A DNA stretch of 57,406 nt, filler included, from Squatina squatina (taxonomy: Eukaryota), in the NCBI GenBank assembly GCA_031763465.1. It is 4 parts of 4 records of this genome, joined end to end, with 100 filler letters (N's around TTAATTAATTAA, not from the genome) between each part and the next. Parts side by side here need not be neighbours in the genome. Positions count along the whole stretch, not along the records: positions 16,604 to 29,220 come from JARFOE010000176.1; positions 29,321 to 43,483 come from JARFOE010000203.1; 2 more parts are not named here. One strand, written 5' to 3'. Below the pieces are notes generated by a model that was not told the DNA's origin, searched no databases, and worked only from the letters and a program-made list of their open reading frames with translations. Positions 26,827 to 38,975 of this stretch are shown one piece after another. Numbering within the stretch: position 1 is the first letter of the stretch; every line of letters begins with the position of its first letter. The position numbers and the translations under genes are program-made.

Positions 26827-28427
26827 AGACTTGATCAGGCTGATGGATGAAGGGATGGTGATGATTTTGTTGTGCCATAATTTCAGGCACGTCAAGCGCT
26901 TCAGGTGTTGAAAACTGATCACCTCTTCAATTGTGCGAATGTTGTTGGATTTCAAGTCCAGCTCCTGCAGGTTAGTTAAGCTGAAAATGGCGTGCGGAAT
27001 CCGTTCCAGCTCGCAGTTCTGCAGCTCCAGCTCAGTTAGATTGATCATCTTCTTCAAGCTGTTCAGCACTAAAAGTTTAGTTCCATCATTGTGAACCAGT
27101 AGCGCGGTGAGATGGGGCGCAACGTCAGTGATGTTTGAAGGAACTTTGGTCAGATTACGCTTGAGGTGCAAGATCTTTAGGTGTTTCAGTTCGCGCAGCG
27201 ACTCTAGAGCTATCATCTTATTGTTTTCAGAGTTCAGATTACCAACTAGGTACAGTTCACGCAGGTTTTTAAGCACATAGACCCAGTTGGGGATTTCTGC
27301 AACGTCAGTAAACTTGATGTGCAGATACCTAAGGTGGTCCCGGAGGAAGCTGAAGGCAGTTTGTTCCACTTTAGCTGGGCAATGGTAAAGGTGCAGTTCC
27401 TGAAGATTAGTCATTTGGGAAATTTTGGCTGGAATCTTCGCCTCAGGAATCAGCTCTAACTTCAGCACCTCAAGCTCGGTCATGTCGAACACAGCGTCGG
27501 GCACCCCGGAAAGCATGAAGAGGTGCAGCTCCTGCTTGTCTTGAGGATTCCGAGAGACGTGCTGCTTGAGTTTCTCGTAAGTCCACTCGTGGTTCAAACT
27601 GAGCTCCCGCAGTTTGTTTTCACTCACCTCCGACAGAAAGACCCCAAAGCGCTTTGAGTAAAGTTGGTCATATTGATCAACCATGTGCAGCAGAAATGCA
27701 AAGTCATTTTTAACATCTGGAATGTCACTAAAGCTACTTTCTTCACGGACCTTTTCAAATGAGTATTCCTTTAAGGGCCGCCTGAACAGCCAAAACAAAG
27801 TATATATGCAAACCAGTCCATAAACGCATATGAGTGCAATGTAACTAATTAGTAATTTTCGCAGCATAAAAGCCATGTTGTGAGTACAATAAAATTGAGT
27901 ATACCCAGTCAAATGCTCTATGTCTGGTCTGCAGACATGATCAAAACTTATAGAAGTCACAAAAGTAAGCGTATAACATAAAATAAACATTAATTTCACT
28001 GTCTTTATGACTGTCTGGACAACATAGAGTTTATATATCAAATCACTGTCTTCTACATGGGCACGGAACTTACGAACTTTTTCAAAGAGGGCTTTGGCCT
28101 GCTCGCCATCTTTCTTGTCTAAAATAGTCATGCTCGGAACCTCAATGACAGGCTTCTCAGCCGAAAATTTAGGTCCAGTCCTTGATATCATAGGTGTGCT
28201 GGAGCTCGGGCTTTCTTCTTCGCTGCCAGTCGATAAATGCTTTGCCACAGAGGTCTTAAAGCGTTGCTTGTTCTCCTCAGAGTCCTCGCACGCAGTTTCA
28301 GAGAGTGCTTTTGTGGTCCACGGAGACTCGAAACACTTTCCCAATATAGAAACAAAATGTTCGATCTTTGAACTGGTCTTGGGGTACTTGAACCAGAAAT
28401 TGCTACTGACCATGAGGATGAGTGTAT
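26827..28427 (-). CDS. LRRC8D: LRRC8D main coding region (TM2 to LRRs)
   Basis: SSNFWFKYPKTSSKIEHFVSILGKCFESPWTTKALSETACEDSEENKQR...FSAEKPVIEVPSMTILDKKDGEQAKALFEKVRKFRAHVEDSDLIYKLY are LRRC8D-specific. Confidence 0.93.
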
Positions 28428-29220
28428 NNNNNNNNNNNNNNNNNNNNNNNNNNNNNNNNNNNNNNNNNNNNNNNNNNNNNNNNNNNNNNNNNNNNNNNNN
28501 NNNNNNNNNNNNNNNNNNNNNNNNNNNCATTAAAATGAGCAAATACATCCTTCATACATATGGGCTATTATGTTTACTTTATCCTTATACTGTTTTGAAT
28601 ATACAGATAAATACAATAGGAGTCAATTAAACAACTATTAAGTGCGGTGCTGAAACATAATTATGTATGATACTGCTATTTGAAATATAATTTACTCATA
28701 CAAAGTATCGCAGTTCACACATTCAGCCTTGTAATACTGTACATCAAGAAAATACAATATAGTAATTTGTACAGTGTGATAAAAATTGACATTAAAAAAA
28801 TAAAAAGGCAATTTAGTTCTAAAATCAGTAGTGGACACACAGATATCACAAACAGATGTCGAACAATTAAAATAATGACTTTGAATTACAATAACAGGGT
28901 TTTTCTCATTTGCGGATCATTTGGAATTCCAGGCAAAATAAAGTACACAAACCCTCCTAGCCTACAAGAAACCACAAATAATTACTGTTTTGTTTGCTGT
29001 AATGAGTAAGTGCAGAAGTGAGTGATGATAATATTTTGAACACAAGGAGGCCCTCATGCAGTTGAATTAGTATTAAATCCAATTCACATTGCAGGAGTGA
29101 CTCAGCAAGCAGTGAGTAGATCTCATGTCAACATTTCCACTAGAAATACTGAACCGAGTCTCTGTGATATGAATGTATGTTTCTTTGGATGCATTTACAG
29201 GACAGGTTTAGCATTGAGGC

Positions 29221-29320
29221 NNNNNNNNNNNNNNNNNNNNNNNNNNNNNNNNNNNNNNNNNNNNTTAATTAATTAANNNNNNNNNNNNNNNNNNNNNNNN
29301 NNNNNNNNNNNNNNNNNNNN
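29221..29320. other. Artificial scaffold linker
   Basis: TTAATTAATTAA at 29265-29276 within Ns. Confidence 0.95.
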
Positions 29321-30139
29321 CAAATGTGTGCCTATTAACAGTTGGGTTGACACTGCCCCAAGATTATTTTAGAATCTTTATGGTTAGCAGACTTCGTTGG
29401 CTAATTCTAATCCAGTGAATGTTAAGACAGTCTGTTCGAGTTTCTGCTCATCTCCCCAAGTTATATCAGCGCACTCCGGATGGAATCGGACAAACCAGTG
29501 GAAAACATCAAAACCACTTGCACTCATGTTTTCCTCTATCTTATAAATGGGTTCAAGATTCAAGTGGCCCAGCCCATAAAAATGGCCACCCCCCCACCAG
29601 ATTGAAATTGAGATTCTGCTGATTGCACTGGTTTGGAAAGGCTCTTCAAAATGCACCCATTTCCTTAGGTGCACAGACACTAGTAGGCACGTTTGAAAAC
29701 TTCTTATGTCAAGAAATGCTACATTGAACCAGTAAATAGTATAGCTTTTTACATTATTTTCAGTGATTTTAAATCAAATTACTCACAGATGGAGGACTGG
29801 ACACCCTTATTAAAAGTTTTATTTTTGCTGATAAACTCATTTTCAACTGCAGCAATAAAACTGCACCAGGCTACCATCCAGGGAATACTTTTTAATGGAA
29901 AGCAAAAAATGATTACAGTCTATCATGCTGCCCAATTGTATTAGTTCATGGACAATTATAAGTTTGTGATTATGCAAATGAAATGTAACCAAACTAGCAC
30001 AATTTAAAGCACATTGTGAATTTCCTGATTGCGGCCAAAGCGGAAGTTCTACTTCAGTGTGCTTATCGACTGCATCTGCTAGTTCCCCTTCTAATCTATT
30101 CAAAAGCTCTGCATCTCTCCCCCCTCCTGTTTAGCTCAC

Positions 30140-30305
30140 CTGAATTCCAGATCCAGGGCCTGGCGCAAACATCTTAGTGCCAATCATTTTGGACAGGTTT
30201 CTCGGTTGGCTCCAGGTCCTTCCATCATCCTGGCTCTCAATCAGGAGTGTGCTGGAAACATTACAATGATAGTGGTGGGCACACATTGTGTACATGATCA
30301 AAATG
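30140..30305 (-). CDS. NEU1: Sialidase-1 partial exon
   Basis: [51 protein letters not shown]: Asp-box SxDxGxTW plus [10 protein letters not shown]; donor CAG|GTGAG. Confidence 0.9.
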
Positions 30306-30732
30306 NNNNNNNNNNNNNNNNNNNNNNNNNNNNNNNNNNNNNNNNNNNNNNNNNNNNNNNNNNNNNNNNNNNNNNNNNNNNNNNNNNNNNNNNNNNNNNN
30401 NNNNNCCCCCTTCTCCCTTTCCCTTCCCCCTGCTGTCTCTCTCCCCCCTCCCGTCTCTCTCACCTCCCGCGCTCTCTCCCCTCCCACTGCTGCAGCACTG
30501 ATCTGGGGTCGAAAGGGACATAAATCAACTCCCAGGCATAAACCCTCAAGCGAAGCAGATTCCATAAACACAACCCGGAGTCTAACTGGGCACTTTAACT
30601 GTAAATAGAAGCATAGAAAAAATACAGCACAGAAGGGGGCCATTTGGCCTATCATGTCTGTGTCGTAAAGAGTTTGAATTAATTACAGGACAAAACTAAA
30701 TCACTGACTGTGTTATTTTAACCTCCCCCCAG

Positions 30733-30941
30733 CCCAGCCTCTCTGACCCTGGATCCGAACACAGCCCAACACCGGCTCATCTTGTCCGAGGACAGGACCA
30801 GAGTAAGACTCGGAGACAAACGGCAGACGCTCCCTAACATCCCGGAGAGATTTGATCGCAGTTACTGTGTCTTGGGATCGGAGGGATTCATATCAGGGAG
30901 ACACTAATGGGAAGTGGAGGTGGGGAACAAGACTGAGACAC
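30733..30941 (+). pseudogene. B30.2 (PRY-SPRY) exon of a TRIM/butyrophilin-like gene, disrupted
   Basis: [24 protein letters not shown]...[19 protein letters not shown]; TAA at 30905-30907 replaces Tyr; one base short after the acceptor compared with the two intact paralogs. Confidence 0.8.
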
Positions 30942-31574
30942 NNNNNNNNNNNNNNNNNNNNNNNNNNNNNNNNNNNNNNNNNNNNNNNNNNNNNNNNNNN
31001 NNNNNNNNNNNNNNNNNNNNNNNNNNNNNNNNNNNNNNNNNTGTTTATAGACAAGGTATTTTGTTTACTGCCACAATACTTTGAAGGGGACCAAGTATTT
31101 TGGCACATTAATATTTTGATTGAGGATCTTGTCCAGAAGAGCATTCCTGTAATCCCAGTTGGCCAGGATGTTGGAGGGTGGCTGCTTGTTTCTAATGAGG
31201 AAAATCAATTAAGTTTAAAAAAATATTTTGAACCCAGTGTGCAATATATCGAAACATCTATTGTGCCTGAAATGGTCAAACTGTCCAAACCCAGAAGACC
31301 ATGTAGTCCTCATCATCAACTCAGATAATCTTGTCTTTTCTTTGGTTTTAAAGATTGGTATTGTTCAACTGATCACTGTTCTCTGTCAGACAGGATTTCA
31401 AAGCAAGTGTTTGTTCTTGAAAGGAACTAATATTTTGGTTTCTCTTACCACGGAGTACTTTGATATGCTTATGCATTTGCTACAAAGGCTCTTCTGTTTT
31501 TGTTGAGGAACAGCACGGGTGTGTGGGGTGGGGGGAGCCTGGGGAATGGCTTGGCATGGTGGGGAATGGAAAGA

Positions 31575-32390
31575 CTTCAAGAAGACAGAGACTGGCTGGT
31601 GGAATGGGCAGACACATGGCAGATGAAATTTAACACAGAGAAGTGTTAGGTGATACATTTTGTTTGGATGAATGAGACCATACAGACTAAATGGTACAAT
31701 TCTAAAGGGGGTGCAAGAACAGAGAGACCTTGAAGATGGCAGGACAGGTTAAAAAAGCAGTTAATACAGCATACGGAATCCTGGCCTTTATAAAATAGAG
31801 GCATAGAGTCCAAAAGCAAGGAAGTTATGCTAAACCTGTATAAAACACTGGTTCAGCCCTTTAGCACTGGGCTCCGCACTTTAGGAAGGTTTTGGAGAGG
31901 GTACGGAAGAGACTTACTTGAATGGTTCCAGGGATGAGGGACTTCAGTCACATGGATAGACTGGAGAAGCTGGGGTTGTTCTCCTTTGGAGCAGAAAAAT
32001 GTTCAGAGTAGATGTGATGGAGGTGTTTAGAATCATGAAGAGTTTTGATAGAGCAAATAAAGAGAAGCTGTTTCCAATGGCTGAAGGGTCGATAACCACA
32101 GGGCACAGATTTGAGACGATTGGTAAGAGAGGCGACATGAGGAAAAAGTTTTTTAAGCAACAAGTGGTTGTAATTTGGAATGCACTGCCCAATAGGGTGG
32201 TGGATACAGATTCAATAACAGACTTCCAAAGTGAATTGAATAAATATTTGAAGGATAAAAAATTGCAGGGCTACAGCGAAAGGGCGAGGGTGGGGAGTGG
32301 ATTAACTGGATTGCTCTTCGAAAGAGCTGGCAGAGACTCGATGAACCGAATGGCCTCCTTCTGTGCTGTAACCATTCTATGATTCTATGA
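31575..32390 (+). mobile_element. CR1/HER1 LINE 3' portion, degenerate
   Basis: WADTWQMKFNTEKC, IESKSKEVMLNLYKTLV, EVFRIMKSFDRANKEKLFP; ends in (attctatg)n tail. Confidence 0.85.
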
Positions 32391-32879
32391 TAAAGGGGCT
32401 CGGTAGAGGCAGCTGAGCAGATCTTTGTGATAAAAATGGTCCATGAGCTCCTCACACTGCTGTTAGAGGTGAGGTTGGAAACGGTAAGGGAGCGGTTTAA
32501 GGACAGAGTAGTGAGAAAAGAAGTGGGGGTTATCTTTGCTCTCCAGATTGACTCTGATATAGTAGGTGGTTTTAGCAAAAGAAATTAAGGTGCAAAAGCG
32601 CTGGACTTGACCCAGTCAGATTTGGTGATGGGGGGTTAAACCAGTTGTGCACCAGGGACGTTCAAGTCTGTATCACTTGGGTTTTAGTAAACGAATTCTC
32701 TCAGATTCCGAAACTACTGAACCCGCTCTCAGATTCCCAATCAATGATTCTCTATCTGAATTGTAGGTTGTAAACGAGTCAACTTCCCTCCCGTATCTGG
32801 AATCACTTCCCATGAAATGTACTGACTGGGAACCAATGTACAATAATCCGAAAGAATCATTTCATGTTATTAAAATATT

Positions 32880-32965
32880 TTTATTAATTTCCTTCCATCA
32901 GCTCAGTGGTAAATAATAATAAATAATATAAATAATAAATACATAAATACATATATTTAAATAAC
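32880..32965 (-). promoter_or_regulatory. AU-rich element cluster and poly(A) signal in the TNF-like 3' UTR
   Basis: Minus strand tatttatgtatttattatttatattatttattattattta (includes TTATTTATT), then AATAAA at 32885-32880; same contig as the TNF-like stop at 33812. Confidence 0.75.
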
Positions 32966-33811
32966 AACTTGAATCTGTCTGAAACATCCTCAATCTGACA
33001 GTATTTAAGCAGCTGATAAACATCTTTAAAACAGACGTCCTATTTTTACATAAAGCGAATCTTTTTGTCAATCTGCCACAATTAATATTCAGCAGTCAAA
33101 CACTCTAGATTCTTTATTTTGGGGCAATTTTCCTTGTGTTTGTAGAATATTCTTCCTTCTTTTTCATTGGTTAAATGTTGACCAATCACGCTCTAGAAAA
33201 GCTGACCAATCGCTTTGTCGAGGTAGAAGGCCAGTTGCCTGCCGGGAGCTTGGCTGGCCTTCATCGCCAAACAGGAAGCTCAAGGCTTTCCATGAACATT
33301 GTCACTAAAGGTCCACGGAGATATCAGAGAAATATTAGAACACAACTCGATGGCAAGGCGGAGCCCATACTCTTCAAAGACCAATAACTGGTCACACGGG
33401 ATAACCAGTCTGAATATCAGACCTCATACCCCACTTGTTCACTCTTAGCATTGTCTAATTACTCGCTCCCTGAGGAGTACCAGTTTAAATAACATTAATA
33501 ACAATAAATACCGATTAAATATGAATTAAATTAAGGAGATGCACAGAGTCCCTCCGATCAGTGCTGTGCGTGAACCTGGAATGGCAGAGGTGAAAGGGCA
33601 CTGTGATAACCCAGCACACGACCCAATCCTCCAACCTGAACACATTGGGTATTTTCTGTCTCTACAAGTCTTTAAATAAAATGGGGGAGAGATTAAACTC
33701 GTTGTCCACTTCGTGCCGGATAGGACAATGTACCCTGAACAGTTTCCACTGTATTTCAATTTTAAATTCTCGATCAGTCATCATGGTGCACTATTCACTA
33801 GAAGGAACTCC

Positions 33812-34202
33812 TCACAAGGCAAATATTCCAAAGAAGCTCTTTCCTTGGGCAGCGTCTACATGTCCCACTGCCTCCTTGCTCACCCTGGAGAAGATCTGAT
33901 CTCCTGCATCAAACTCAAATACGGCCCCCTGGTAGGAGGTCTTGTACCAGGGCCCTGCGTGTTGGCCGTACTGACAGGCGGATTTGGTGGCTTTCAGTAG
34001 TAAGGCTTCCTCCGGATAGCTGGGCGAGAGCTTGGCGAGTTCGTGGCTCAGATAGATGGTCTTACCCTGGCAGCCACTGCTGTAGAAGACCACCTGGGTG
34101 TAGACAAAGTACTGACCGGGGGTCTTGATGATGAAACTGTTGTCCCTGAACTCCACCCCCTGGGCAAAGGTGGAGTCCGCTACATTCTGCCAAATCACGT
34201 TC
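33812..34202 (-). CDS. TNF/LT-alpha-like ligand, copy 1, last exon (TNF homology domain)
   Basis: VIWQN...GVEFRDNSFIIKTPGQYFVYTQVVF...LLKATKSAC...WYKTSYQGAVFEFDAGDQIFS...GKSFFGIFAL stop. Confidence 0.9.
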
Positions 34203-34636
34203 NNNNNNNNNNNNNNNNNNNNNNNNNNNNNNNNNNNNNNNNNNNNNNNNNNNNNNNNNNNNNNNNNNNNNNNNNNNNNNNNNNNNNNNNNNNNNNNNNN
34301 NNAAAAAAAAATTAACCTGGTCATGACCACATTGCTGTTTGTGGGATCTTGCTGTGCGCAAATTGGCGTTTTACGATTTTACAACAGTGACTGCGCATGA
34401 AAAATTGCTGTAAAGCGCTTGATGATGCCCTGAGGTTATGAAAAACCCTCTCTTTATATATAAATTGCAAGTTTGTTCTTTAAGACTGTTCACAGGACCC
34501 TTAAAGCCAGCACAGATGCTAACTTCCACCCCTAACCAGCCTGGGCTGGATTTGACCCGAGCTTCCAGAGGCCCAACCCACCGGTCTTTACAAATCATTG
34601 CACTCTGCTGGCCAACAACAACAACAAAAACATTCC

Positions 34637-34861
34637 TCACAAAGCAAATATTCCAAAGAAGGTCTTGCCTTCTTTAGTGTCCAAGTATTTGACCACCTTC
34701 TCGGTAACACTGGAGAAGATCCTGTCGCCGGCCTCAAACTCAAAGATGGCGCCCTGGTAGGAGGTCTTGTACCAGGGGTCGTCGTGCCGACCGTTGTGGC
34801 AGACCGACTTGGTGGCCTTGAGTAGGATGGTCTCCTCCGGGTAGGCCAAGGAGAGCTTGTG
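34637..34861 (-). CDS. TNF/LT-alpha-like ligand, copy 2, partial last exon
   Basis: YPEETILLKATKSVCHNGRHDDPWYKTSYQGAIFEFEAGDRIFS...GKTFFGIFAL stop; close to but distinct from copy 1, with a different 3' flank. Confidence 0.88.
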   Translation of the reverse strand, partial: HKLSLAYPEETILLKATKSVCHNGRHDDPWYKTSYQGAIFEFEAGDRIFSSVTEKVVKYLDTKEGKTFFGIFAL

Positions 34862-34961
34862 NNNNNNNNNNNNNNNNNNNNNNNNNNNNNNNNNNNNNNN
34901 NNNNNNNNNNNNNNNNNNNNNNNNNNNNNNNNNNNNNNNNNNNNNNNNNNNNNNNNNNNNN

Positions 34962-36980
34962 GACACTGTAAACACAGCGGGAAGATTCCCTCTGGTCTCT
35001 GTGTGTTAGTGACACTGTAAACATAGCGGGAAGATTCCCTCTGGTCTGTGTGTGTCTTAGTGACACTGTACACACAGCAGGAAGTTTCCATCTGGCCTGT
35101 GTATGTGTTAGTGACACTGTAAACACAGCGGTAAGATTCCATCTGGTCTGTGTGTGTGTTAGTGACACTGTAAACACAGCGGTAAGATTCCATCTGGTCT
35201 GTGTGTGTGTTAGTGACACTGTAAACTCAGCGGGAAGATTCCCTCTGGTTTGGTGTGTCTTCGTGACACTGTAAACACAGCAGGAGGATATAATCTGGTC
35301 TCTGTGTGTTCCTGCCATTGTAAGCACAGCGGGAAAATTACATTTGGTCTGTGTGTGCGTTATTGAGTGTAAACACAGTGGGAAGGTTCCCTCTGTTCTG
35401 TGTGTTAGTGAAACTGTAAACACAGTGGGAAGATTCATCTGGTCTGTGTGTGCATTATTGACACTCTAAACACAGTGGGAAGATTCCCTCTGGTCTCTCT
35501 GTCTGTTACTGACACTGTAAACACAGCGGGAAGATTCCATCTGGTCTGTGTGTGTTAGTGACACTGTAAACACAGCGGGAAGATTCCATCTGGTGTGTGT
35601 GTGTGTTAGTCACACTGTAAACACAGCGGGAAGGTTCCCTATGATCTGTGTGTGTGTTAGTGACACTGTAAACTCAGTGGGAAGATTCCCTCTGCTCTGT
35701 GTGTGTCTTCGTGACACTGTAAACACAGCGGGAGGATTCGCTCTGGTCCCTGTGTGTTCGTGCCATTGTAAACACAGCGGGAAGGTTCCCTATGGTCTGT
35801 GTGTTAGTGACACTGTAAACACAGTGGGAAGATTCCCTCTGGTCTGTATATGCGTTATTGACACTGTAAACACAGCGGGAAGATTCCCTCTGTTGTCTGT
35901 GTGATTGTGCCACTGTAAACACAGCGGGAAGATTCCCTCTGGTCTCTGTGTGTTAGAGACACTGTAAACACAGCGGGAAGATTCCCTCTCGTCTGTGTGT
36001 GTGTTATTGACACTGTAAACACAGCGGGAAGATTCCCTCTGGTCTCTGTGTGTTAGTGACACTGTAAACATAGCGGGAAGATTCCATCTGGTCTCTGTGT
36101 GAGTGACACTGTAAACATAGCGGGAAGATTCCCTCTGGTCTCTGTGTGTTAGTGACACTGTAAACATAGCGGGAACATTCCCTCGGGTCTCTGCGTGTGT
36201 TAGTAACACTGTTACCATAGCGGGAAGATTCCCGCTGATCTGTGTATGTTCGTGACACTGTAAACATAGCGGGAAGATTCCCTCTGGTCTGTGTGTGTGA
36301 GTGACACTGTAAACATAGCAGGAAGATTCCCTCTGGTCTCTGTGTGTATTAGTGACACTGTAAACATAGCGGGAAGATTCCCTCTGGTCTTTGCGTTTTA
36401 GTGACACGGTGAACATGGCGGGAAGATTCCCTCTGGTCTCTGTGTGTTAGTGATAATATAAACATAGTGGGAAGATTCCCTCTGGTCTGTGTGTGTTCGG
36501 GACACGGAAAACAAAGCGGGAAGAATCCCTCTGGTCTCTGTGTGTTAGTGACACTGTAAATATAGCGGGAATATTCCCTCTGGTCTCTGTGTGTGTTATT
36601 GACACTGTAAACCTAGCGGGAAGATTCCCTCTGGTCTGTGTGTGTTAGTGACACTGTAAACATAGAGGGAAGATTCCCTCTGGTCTGTGTGTGTTAGTGA
36701 CACAGAACACATTGCGGGAAGATTCCCTCTGGTCTCTGTGTGTTAGTGACACTGTAAACACAGCGGGAAGAATCCCTCTGGTCTGTGTGTATGAGTTACA
36801 CTGTAAACATAGCGGGAAGAATCCCGCTGGTCTGTTTGTGTGAGTGACACTTTAAACATAGCGGGAAGATTCCCTCTGGTCTCTGTGTGTGTTAGTGACA
36901 CTGTAAACATAGCGGGAAGATTCCCTCTGGTCTCTGTGTGTGTTAGTGACACTGTAAACATAGCGGGAAGATTCCCTCTG
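34962..36980. repeat. Minisatellite, ~49-51 bp unit, ~40 copies
   Basis: Consensus gacactgtaaaca(c/t)agcgggaagattccctctggtctctgtgtgttagt; length varies in the (TG)n part; both ends in gaps. Confidence 0.95.
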
Positions 36981-37080
36981 NNNNNNNNNNNNNNNNNNNN
37001 NNNNNNNNNNNNNNNNNNNNNNNNNNNNNNNNNNNNNNNNNNNNNNNNNNNNNNNNNNNNNNNNNNNNNNNNNNNNNNNN

Positions 37081-37400
37081 GAGGGTGGTGTACCAGGTGC
37101 CTCGGTTGTGGTTCTTGCCGCACACGGTCTCAGTGCCGGCCAGCAGCAGCAGGGGCTCGGGGTAGGAGTCGTGCTTGCGGTACACCCAGTTGTACAGTGT
37201 GACTGGCTGGTTCTTGCACTCGCTGCCCCTGAAGCCCACCTGACAGTAGACATAGTACAGGCCACGTCGGGGGATGACCAGTGAGTGGCCCAGGTACTTC
37301 ACCGAGTCCTTGGTGAAGGCCAGCCCTCGCACCGACTCCCACTCCAGAGTCTGGTGAGACCCAGCACCTGGACCGCTCTCCAGGGAATGGTGATATATTC
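37081..37400 (-). CDS. LTB: Lymphotoxin-beta-like, partial last exon
   Basis: LEWESVRGLAF...GLYYVYCQVGFRG...VTL...LLLAGTETV...WYTTL parallels recalled LTB GLYYLYCLVGYRG...LLLEGAETV...WYTSV; acceptor ctctcgctgcAG, phase 1. Confidence 0.72.
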
Positions 37401-37489
37401 CTGCAGCGAGAGAGAAGGGGGAAATACTAGATAAGATCAATGAGCAAATGCTTTATGCTTGAAAGGTGCAGACAAACTACATCCTCAAT

Positions 37490-38016
37490 GACCCAATCCT
37501 CACACACTTCCTGTAGTCCCCAATCCTCACTGATCTACTGTGGGCCCTATTCCTCACTCACTTCCTGTAGGCCCCAATCCTCACTCACTTCCTGTGGGCC
37601 TCAATTCTCACTGACTTACTGTGGGCCTCAATTCTCACTGACTTACTGTGGGCCCCAATCCTCACTTACTTCCTGTAGGCCCCAATCCTCACTCACTTCC
37701 TGTGGGCCTCAATCCTCATTGACTTCTTGTGGGCCCCAATCCTCACTCATTTCCTGTAGGCACCAATCTTCACTCATTTCCTGTGGGCCCCAATCCTCAC
37801 TTCCTGTAGGCACCAATCTTCACTCATCTCCTGTGGGCCTCAATCCTCACTCACTTCTTGTGGGCCCCAATCCTCACTGACTTCTTGTGGGCCTCAATCC
37901 TCACTCACTTCTTGTGGGCCCCAATCCTCACTGACTTCTTGTGGGCCCCAATCCTCACTCACTTCTTGTGGGCCCCAATCCTCACTCACTTCTTGTGGGC
38001 CCGAATCCTCACTGAC
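37490..38016. repeat. Minisatellite, 27-bp unit, ~19 copies, in the LTB-like intron
   Basis: Consensus ccccaatcctcactcacttc(c/t)tgtggg. Confidence 0.93.
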
Positions 38017-38975
38017 ACGGGATGACATTCTACATTAATGGATCCCTATTTTATTTTGGATCGGCGAAATCCTGCCAATCGCTGCTGGATTGGCGACTTG
38101 GAGAGGACTCATTCCCGGCAAGGATTCCTGTGTAGTCCCGAGGACGTTCCTTGTTTGCCCTGGGTTGGGTTCTCTGCCTGGTGTCACTACACCTGTGCGC
38201 TGAGATTATGCCTGGAGCAGGGGAAGGCTGTCAAAATGAGTGCTGCGTATCCGCAGTGAAAATGCCGCTCTCGAAGCTGGAACAAACCACTTGACCGCGT
38301 GTGCGGAGCCAGGTACGGTGTGGCGTTGTGTTGACAGTGGGACCAGCGGTTATGTGGTTAACAGGACGTGTGAGGGCACTGGAGCTGGAACCAAGCTACT
38401 TCCCGCTGTGTACTGCTTACTGCCACATAGACCAGGGTATCCTCAGCTCCTTTCTAATAAACAGGAACTCCATGTTTCTCTTTGTTTATATGGCCTCATG
38501 TACGTGTGACTGTGAGCCTGGCTTTCTAACCAAGCCCCAGTCATTCAGATAGTGAAACCCTCCTGTTTTATGGGGGTTTGAGCTATGAGATCTAATTACC
38601 GATAAGATGTGCAGCCGGCTTCTCACTGTCGCTCATTTCCCACGACTCTTTGCTCCCACCACTTCCCTCTGTAATAGAATAAGCACAACATTGTTCCTTT
38701 TAACAGTGGGCTGCACACAGGGGCCAGATCCCAACAGGTAGCGGCGCAGCTGCGCTCAATGTACGTAACCTGCCAATTTTGCGCTGTTGGCAGAGGTATT
38801 AATCATTTAAAACGGGTGAAACGTTGCATTAAGAGAGCACAGAGAGACGCCTTTCTAAACAAGTGAACCAGTTTTNNNNNNNNNNNNNNNNNNNNNNNNN
38901 NNNNNNNNNNNNNNNNNNNNNNNNNNNNNNNNNNNNNNNNNNNNNNNNNNNNNNNNNNNNNNNNNNNNNNNNNNN

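Noticed and set aside
28094-28630. 178-aa plus-strand ORF
   Set aside because: Antisense shadow of LRRC8D
34962-36980. CRISPR-like array or repeat-protein ORFs (RGNLPAMFTVSLTH...)
   Set aside because: Head-to-tail units with no unique spacers, no cas genes, vertebrate context; ORFs shift frame with unit length
37440-37880. Ser/Cys/Pro repeat ORF (SCGPQSSLT)n resembling keratin-associated proteins
   Set aside because: Translation of the 27-bp intronic VNTR, antisense to the LTB-like gene; later units contain stops
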